The notes beneath the pieces were generated by a model, which saw only the letters and a list, made by a program, of their open reading frames with translations, searched no databases and was not told where the DNA came from. The position numbers and the translations under genes were made by a program. Positions 57,780 through 64,000 of a DNA stretch of 64,000 bases are shown here, piece after piece (within the stretch, counting starts at the first letter, position 1; the number at the start of each line of letters is the position of its first letter). Source of the stretch: the human T2T-CHM13v2.0 reference genome, Homo sapiens; assembly GCF_009914755.1 (NCBI RefSeq), contig NC_060939.1; one strand, given 5' to 3'.

Positions 57780-59030
57780 CAGTGTTTGTTGGTATGGCAG
57801 CAGAATATTGGTGCTCCTTGGTGTCCTCAAGTAGTCTATGAGAAAGTTTTGTGTTTTTAATTAGTTATCTCATACATTTCACAAATTTTACATATAAGAT
57901 GATTAATTATAAAAATTAATATAAAATACATATCATTAACATAGGTGACAGTAACTAATAAATTGCACATGTGCTAAGGTGGACTGCATTTAAGGACACA
58001 ATTATGCAGTACTTATCTGTGAAAACAAATGGTAATTTCTCCTTACTGTTATAGATATAATTCACTAAAGTTTGCAATTTCACAATTTTAAAAATTCATA
58101 AAGAAATTGAAGCAAAATGAAGTAGTGATAAAATAAGAACAAATGCTACAACTTAAAATAATGCTGAGCATGTAAATACTAAATAGTACTACATTAAATA
58201 TAAAATATGAGCATCTACTTAAAAAAGTGATTTGGCTAGTGCAATGATTTTCCATAGGAAACCAAGGAAAGATGAGAAAGAATCCAAATACTGATTTTAA
58301 TGGATGGAGCTACAGTACAGTATTATGAAATTCTCATAAAACTCAAAGCTTTTACATGCTTTTCTAAGCAAAGAACAATGACTCTTCTAGCAAACAAATG
58401 CCTTTTTTTTTTTTTTAAAGAAAAGCATAAAACAATGCTTTCAGTACAAAATTGATTAATTGCTACTAAGGCAGAAGAGAGATCAAAACATCACAAGTAT
58501 CAATCAAAGTTATAATAGTGACAGAAAATAAAAGTGGAATACCCATTAGAGCTAAGAAACTTGTAAAACCACGCATGAAGTTGACAAATAAAGCTCATAG
58601 TGAAAAGACAAGCTATAGGCACATTTTTTAAAATTAAAGACATTTTGGGCATTGCCTTATCAATGGCATACAATGAGGAAAAGCAGTTACCATCACTTAT
58701 GTGCTTGCAGATAATGTGCTTTTATAAAGCTGGACAACACCAATTCAGCATATGTGTGGCACATGAAGAAGATGCCAGGTAAGGCTTTTTGTCTTGTCAC
58801 TAAAAACTCATTTTGTGGGCTGTGGTATCAAGGAGAAATCTTTTCAATGATAACTAAGTTGAAAAAAGGTGCACTGGGATTAGTATTGTCAGAACACTAG
58901 TTATGAGTATGAGAAGGAAGAGTATTGCTGCATGAACAAAGTTGCAGTTGAATCAGATCCACACACTCTTTGTAGGAACAGTTGTGAGTCAATATGATGT
59001 GTGAAGGATATTCTTCATTATTTCATGAGA
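57780..59030 (+). mobile_element. hAT-Charlie DNA transposon remnant with decayed transposase
   Basis: Starts 'cagtgttt' after the hAT-like target 'ttctagtg'. Peptide remnants KSGIPIRAKKLVKP (~58530, like KSGKPHTIAEELVKP) and IKLDNTN (58724, like IQLDESTD). Confidence 0.55.
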
Positions 59031-59044
59031 GCAATGCTCTACCT

Positions 59045-59200
59045 TTTAAAGTCAGAGTCCTAACAAGAATCAGATGGCACACTCAAAATAGAATAATTCA
59101 AAGAGAGTTTATCCACAAAGGAACTATTTTAAGATGTGTGCTGGGGAACCATAAAGGACCAACCCCCAGGCCTTACTTGGTAGGAGCCAACTCATCACAG
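59045..59200 (-). mobile_element. ERVL LTR33-like fragment
   Basis: 'agtcagagtcctaacaagaatcagatggcacactcaaa..agagagttta'. Confidence 0.45.
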
Positions 59201-59474
59201 TGTGTTCACTTCTTTGTATAGGTTCAATAGATTTTATGTAATGACTACTTAAATATTGCTCACACAGAGCTAAGAAATGCGCAAGAATGCACAGACCCCT
59301 ATCATGCAAAGTCTCACATAATCTCTGCCTCACTTCTGATTCCAGCAATGTCTGCGTCCAGCAATTTCACACTGACTCTGATCTGCTTTGCACCAACATC
59401 ACCTCTTCCCAACTGCGCTGTGAATCTCTTGCTTCATGCTTGGGCTTCTGATGCAATTGGTGTGGGACCCTCAT

Positions 59475-60400
59475 TGGTATCTCATTGTGGTTTTGATTTG
59501 CATTTCTCTAATGGTCAGTGATGTTGAGCTTTTTTTTTTCATGTTTCACGTTTTTAACTTTTTTTTCATATGAATGTCTTTTGAGAAGTGTCTGTTCATG
59601 TCCTTTGTCCACTTTTAAATGGGGTTGTTTGCTTTTTTTTTTCTGTAAATTTGTTGGAGTTCCTTGTAGATTCTGGATATTAGGTCTTTGTTGGATAGGT
59701 AGATTGCAAAAATTTTCTCCCACTCTGTAGGTTGCCTGTTCACTCTGATAGGTCCATTTTTTAATCAGGTTGTTTGTTTTCTTACTGTTGAGTTTTAAGA
59801 GTTCTTTGTATATTTTGGATAATAGTACTGTAGCAGATATGTCCTTTGCAAATATTTTCTTCTAGTCTGTGGCTTGTCTTTTTATTCTCTCGACAATGTC
59901 TTTTACAGAGCTAAAATTTAAAAATTTAATGAAGTCCACCTTATCTATTCTTTCAAGGATTATGCTTTTGCTGGTATATCTGAAAAGCCATTTCCAAACC
60001 CAAGGTAATATAGATTTTCTCCTGTTTTCTTGTAGAAGTTTTATAGTTCTGCATTTCACATTTAGATCTGTGATCGATTTTCAGTTGATTTTTTAAATAA
60101 CGAGTGTAAAATTGTGTCTAGATTCAGGGTTTTTTTTTTTTTTTTTTTTTTTTTGGCATGTAGATGTTCATTTGTTCCAGCACCATTTGTTGAAAAGGCT
60201 ATCTTTCCTCCATTGTATTGCCTTTGCTCCTTTGTTAAAGATCAGTTGACAATATTTATGTCAGTCTATTTCTGGGCTCTTTATTTTGTTAATCTGTTTT
60301 TCTTTCATCAGTATCATCTTGTCTTGATTACTGTAGCTTTATAGTATATCTTGACATTTAGCAGTTTCTGATCTCCAACTTTGTTCTTCTCCTTCTAGCC
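59475..60400 (-). mobile_element. L1 ORF2 fragments (L1P-like ~59475-59750; L1M-like ~59750-60400)
   Basis: 'ggtatctcattgtggttttgatttgcatttctctaatg' and 'gttccagcaccatttgttgaaaag'. Confidence 0.85.
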
Positions 60401-62119
60401 TTATATTTGAATATCGTTTCTCTTCTCATATCCTAGAAATTCTGTTAGACATATGTTGGGGTTTCTTGAATGTTTCTACCTCTCTTTCACATTCTATATT
60501 ACCTCTGGGAATGTTTTTTTTGGGTGAATTTATCAGAAATAATTCTCTATTCAATTATCTTGTGTCTGGAGTTTATCCCATATATGTGTGACTTTGAAAT
60601 GGACTCAGAGAAGCCTATCGAGGTCATTTCCCAGATAAAACAAAAAATTAATTAAGCAATTTCACTACCCATCACCAAAAAATTCTCAAATTTAGGTTGA
60701 ATTATCTACCAGTAAGAAGTAGATGCAACCAGCATTTAAATTATATTTTCCTTTTGTCCCACAATTGTCCAAGATTTTGCAGTTTAAAATCTTGCTAGCA
60801 TATATATAAACATTAGTCTTCTAATTTTACTTGGCCCTTAGAGAAAATTTTTAATCCCATATGAAGTTTTTTATCTTAGGAAAATTTTATTCATTTATTT
60901 ATTTTGCTATTGCTGTTATTGTGCTATTATTCCTGAAGATCTGTAATTACAGAAGTGGAAAATATAAGATGAATACCTAATTTCTCACCTCACTTTGACA
61001 TTTTACTTTGACTCATTACTGCTGCATTCAGGGAGAACTTATCAAGTGTGTCTTCTATATCACTGATTCTATTATCTTCAGCATGAATGATAGTCTTTTC
61101 TCCTAATGTAGATTCAAATTACTCTACTGCATTTTAAGTTTTTCTCTCAATTCTTTTTCTCATTTCACTTGATGTATTTCTCATAACTTTCTGTTCCCAT
61201 TCCTTGGGGACCATATTTTCATGCATTTCAGCGGAGATGACAAGCATTTTTTTCTAAAATACTTTTCTAAGTTTTGTAGAAAGTAATTTTTAGGAAGTTT
61301 ATTTCTCTTAGGCTTATAATGATATGTCTTTTCTGTGTATGCTTCTCAGTGGCTAGACGGAAGAAAACCAATATGAGAACTTTCTTGACTAAAGATGCAT
61401 TTAAATGTGTTGGGTGTATTATACTGAGCCTCACTCAAATCCGCATGTCAGATCTACAGCTGGAAGTGAAGCAACCTTCATAGCTCCCTATCCAATTGTT
61501 AGTGTTTCAAAATTTTGTCTTTACCTCAGTTCAGTAGTGATAGGAAATGTCTCATTCTACCTTCACTGCATGGTTCTGGGCCTTTTTATATTCAGGGAAA
61601 TATCACTTCTATCAAAACACTGTAGGCAAGAGAGGTGAAAAACCCAGCTGGTGGAAGATGCTGAGATTACAGTTGTGTAATTGGGTTCCAACACTTCCAT
61701 TTCCTGTCCTATCGTTTTCTTGGAGTTACAGCTTTTGAATATTTGTGGAAAGAGATACTGATGAGAGGGCCAAGAGGGACATAGTACTGATAGGTAATGC
61801 TTTTTAAGGCAAAGAGCTGACTGATTAATAATCTTGTATATATACCTTTTATCTCTACCCTAGGGGCAGACTGTGGGGGAGGGTTGAGGCATATATCTAC
61901 TTCTATGCTGGCAGATTTTGTCTCTAAGTAGACTTTGTGCCTTTATAGGTTTTTTTTATTGTTGTTGTTTGTTTGTTTTTTTACTGGGAAATTGAGAAGA
62001 ACTACCTCAGGGACTGCCAGAAATCATCTTTAGTTTCTTATTACCATTCAAAAAAACTGCTTGTTCTTTATTCTTTTCACTCACCCCTACAGAACACTTC
62101 CATCATTGTTCAAGTTAAT

Positions 62120-62620
62120 CTCTTCGAAGTACGATTCTGATCACCTCTTTTTCAAAGCCTCCAGAGATATTTAGGCACCAGGTAAACTTCTTATTCTTGT
62201 ATTCAATGTCTTGTATAACAGTCTTGTATAAGGGAATCTCTTTGGAGTACTTCTATATTGGAACTTTTGCTCTGGTCCAGTTTGCTTACAACTCACTGGA
62301 AAGTGTTAGGTGTTTTTATAGCACTAATACCATTTGACACACCTAGAATGGCTTCTACTTTTTTACCTTATAAATTCTTGTTAATTCTTCAATACCCATT
62401 CAAATATCATCTTACTGTAAAACATTATCTGAGCTTTATACAACTGGATGCTGCTGCCCCCTTCATATTTCTTTTATTGTGTTTATACCAACAGTTAACC
62501 TTTGGACAGAAACTGAATCTTCAACTTTATCAGTATGTCTGCATTATATCTACTTAGCAATGCCTCATATCCTATAGGCTTTCACAGATGCTATTCAGTG
62601 CCTTTGTTTTTTAGTTCCAA
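62120..62620 (+). mobile_element. L2 fragment
   Basis: 'tctgatcacctcttttcaaagccttcc', 'cacctagaatg' and 'ttcaaatatcatctt' motifs. Confidence 0.45.
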
Positions 62621-63508
62621 CTACACATTGAACAGTTCTAGAGTCTTTGCTTGTCATTGTAACTTTGAGCTTGTCATAGCCCAAAGGTCTGCATTCTGTG
62701 ACTAAGTGTCTTCTTTCCCCTTAAATGCATTCCCCATTTATGAATATATAAAAATTAATTTGCCTCTCTTTTTTTTAAGATAGGTAAAATACATTGCCCA
62801 ACTATTTATTTTTTTTCAGTAAGTAGAAAACTTCCTAATTCTGCAGATCATGGAAAGGCCAAAAAAGTCATAATCAATAACCCTGGATCTCTATGCAAAT
62901 GGTCAATGCCAGTCTGGGTTTACAGCTAACATACAGATAAAATTGCCTCAGTATACACAACTATGAACAAAAAGAACAATTATATAAGGAACTTGGACAT
63001 AAAACTAAGGATCCTAAAGTTCTCAATGAGAAAGATAAAGTAAACGACACATGGTTAACTCTCAAAATTAGCATTTTGTTTTTGCTATCAAATACTTCAA
63101 GTAGAACTCATTACTTTATAAAAAGTTAAGAACTTGCTGGATTAGGGATTAGAGCTTGTCTGATTCAGTCCCACAAAAGTGGCCCACAAGTATTTCCCAG
63201 AGAATGCCATTATTCACTTGAACCAACAACAGAAATTGCTTTTGCTAAGCAAGGTAAGAGTGAATCAAGTTTAGAAAGATACTGTCTCACTGTCTCAATG
63301 AGGAGATTGGTCTGAAAAGTCTAGAGAATGTACGAGACCAGTCTGAAGGTTAACAGACTAGTCTGAAGATAGCTGGAATAGACCAAATGCTTAGAGCCTG
63401 AATCAAATTAAAGGCAATGAGAATGGAGATTAAAAAATAGGTTGGGAAGATAAAATGAGTTAAAGCAATTATTTACTTCTCTGTCCCACATACTTATTTG
63501 CCATTTTT

Positions 63509-63746
63509 TAATTTTAATTTTTAAATTTTGTGGTTACAATTTAGGTGTATATATTTAAGGGGTACATGAGATACTTTGATATAGGCATGCAATATGTAAT
63601 CCTTTGTGTTACAAACAATCCAGTTACACGCTTTTAGTAACTTTAATATGTGCTATTAAATTATTGATTGTAGTAGCCCTGTTGTGCTATTGAATACTAG
63701 TTCTTATTTATTCTTTGTAACTACTGTTTGTGCCCATTAACCATCC
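63509..63746 (-). mobile_element. Short L1MA 3' end insertion
   Basis: 'ggtgtatatattta.ggggtacatgagata.tttgatataggcatgcaat'; TSD ttgccattttt at 63498 and 63747. Confidence 0.88.
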
Positions 63747-64000
63747 TTGCCATTTTTAAAGGTAATTATCTGCAAGGATTTCAGTTTAGGAAATTGAGGC
63801 CAAGATGTCAACTGAAAGCAGCAGGACAAGAAAAGCAGGCTGCTTTCCTGGCTTGTTCACGCAGGAGAACGTGAGATGCCCTTCTCCCCACTTGAAACTG
63901 AGAATCACTAGGAAGAAGAGCCAAAGAGAAGAAAGGTTGAGAGCCTCATATTAGGTAGGTTTGGCCTAGGAAATGAGAAATTCAGGCCTGATAGTGTAGG

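Overview
This is primate (human-like) non-coding genomic DNA, not microbial. It is AT-rich and CpG-poor, and most of the 64 kb is recognisable interspersed repeat: about 11 Alu copies or fragments, many L1 pieces (one ~7 kb L1MA-type copy keeps its 5' region), ERVL/MaLR LTR elements, L2, MIR and hAT DNA-transposon fossils. I found no protein-coding gene, RNA gene, CRISPR array or CpG-island promoter. The ORFs I checked trace to Alu/L1/ERV fragments or low-complexity repeats, and the rest look like chance ORFs. I did not find a new biological system. The most notable structures are: (1) a decayed two-LTR ERVL provirus (LTR16/ERV3-16A3-type, 8782-11855, minus strand) whose RNaseH-integrase block is internally inverted, with a serially templated junction scar; (2) a ~98 bp micro-inversion that flips the end of another LTR16; (3) a full-length MST MaLR provirus; (4) a hAT-Charlie transposase remnant; (5) several multi-level nested insertions with readable target-site duplications (TSDs); and (6) long non-B-DNA-prone tandem repeats. 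Subfamily names come from remembered consensus motifs, not from a database search, and boundaries without TSD support are approximate.
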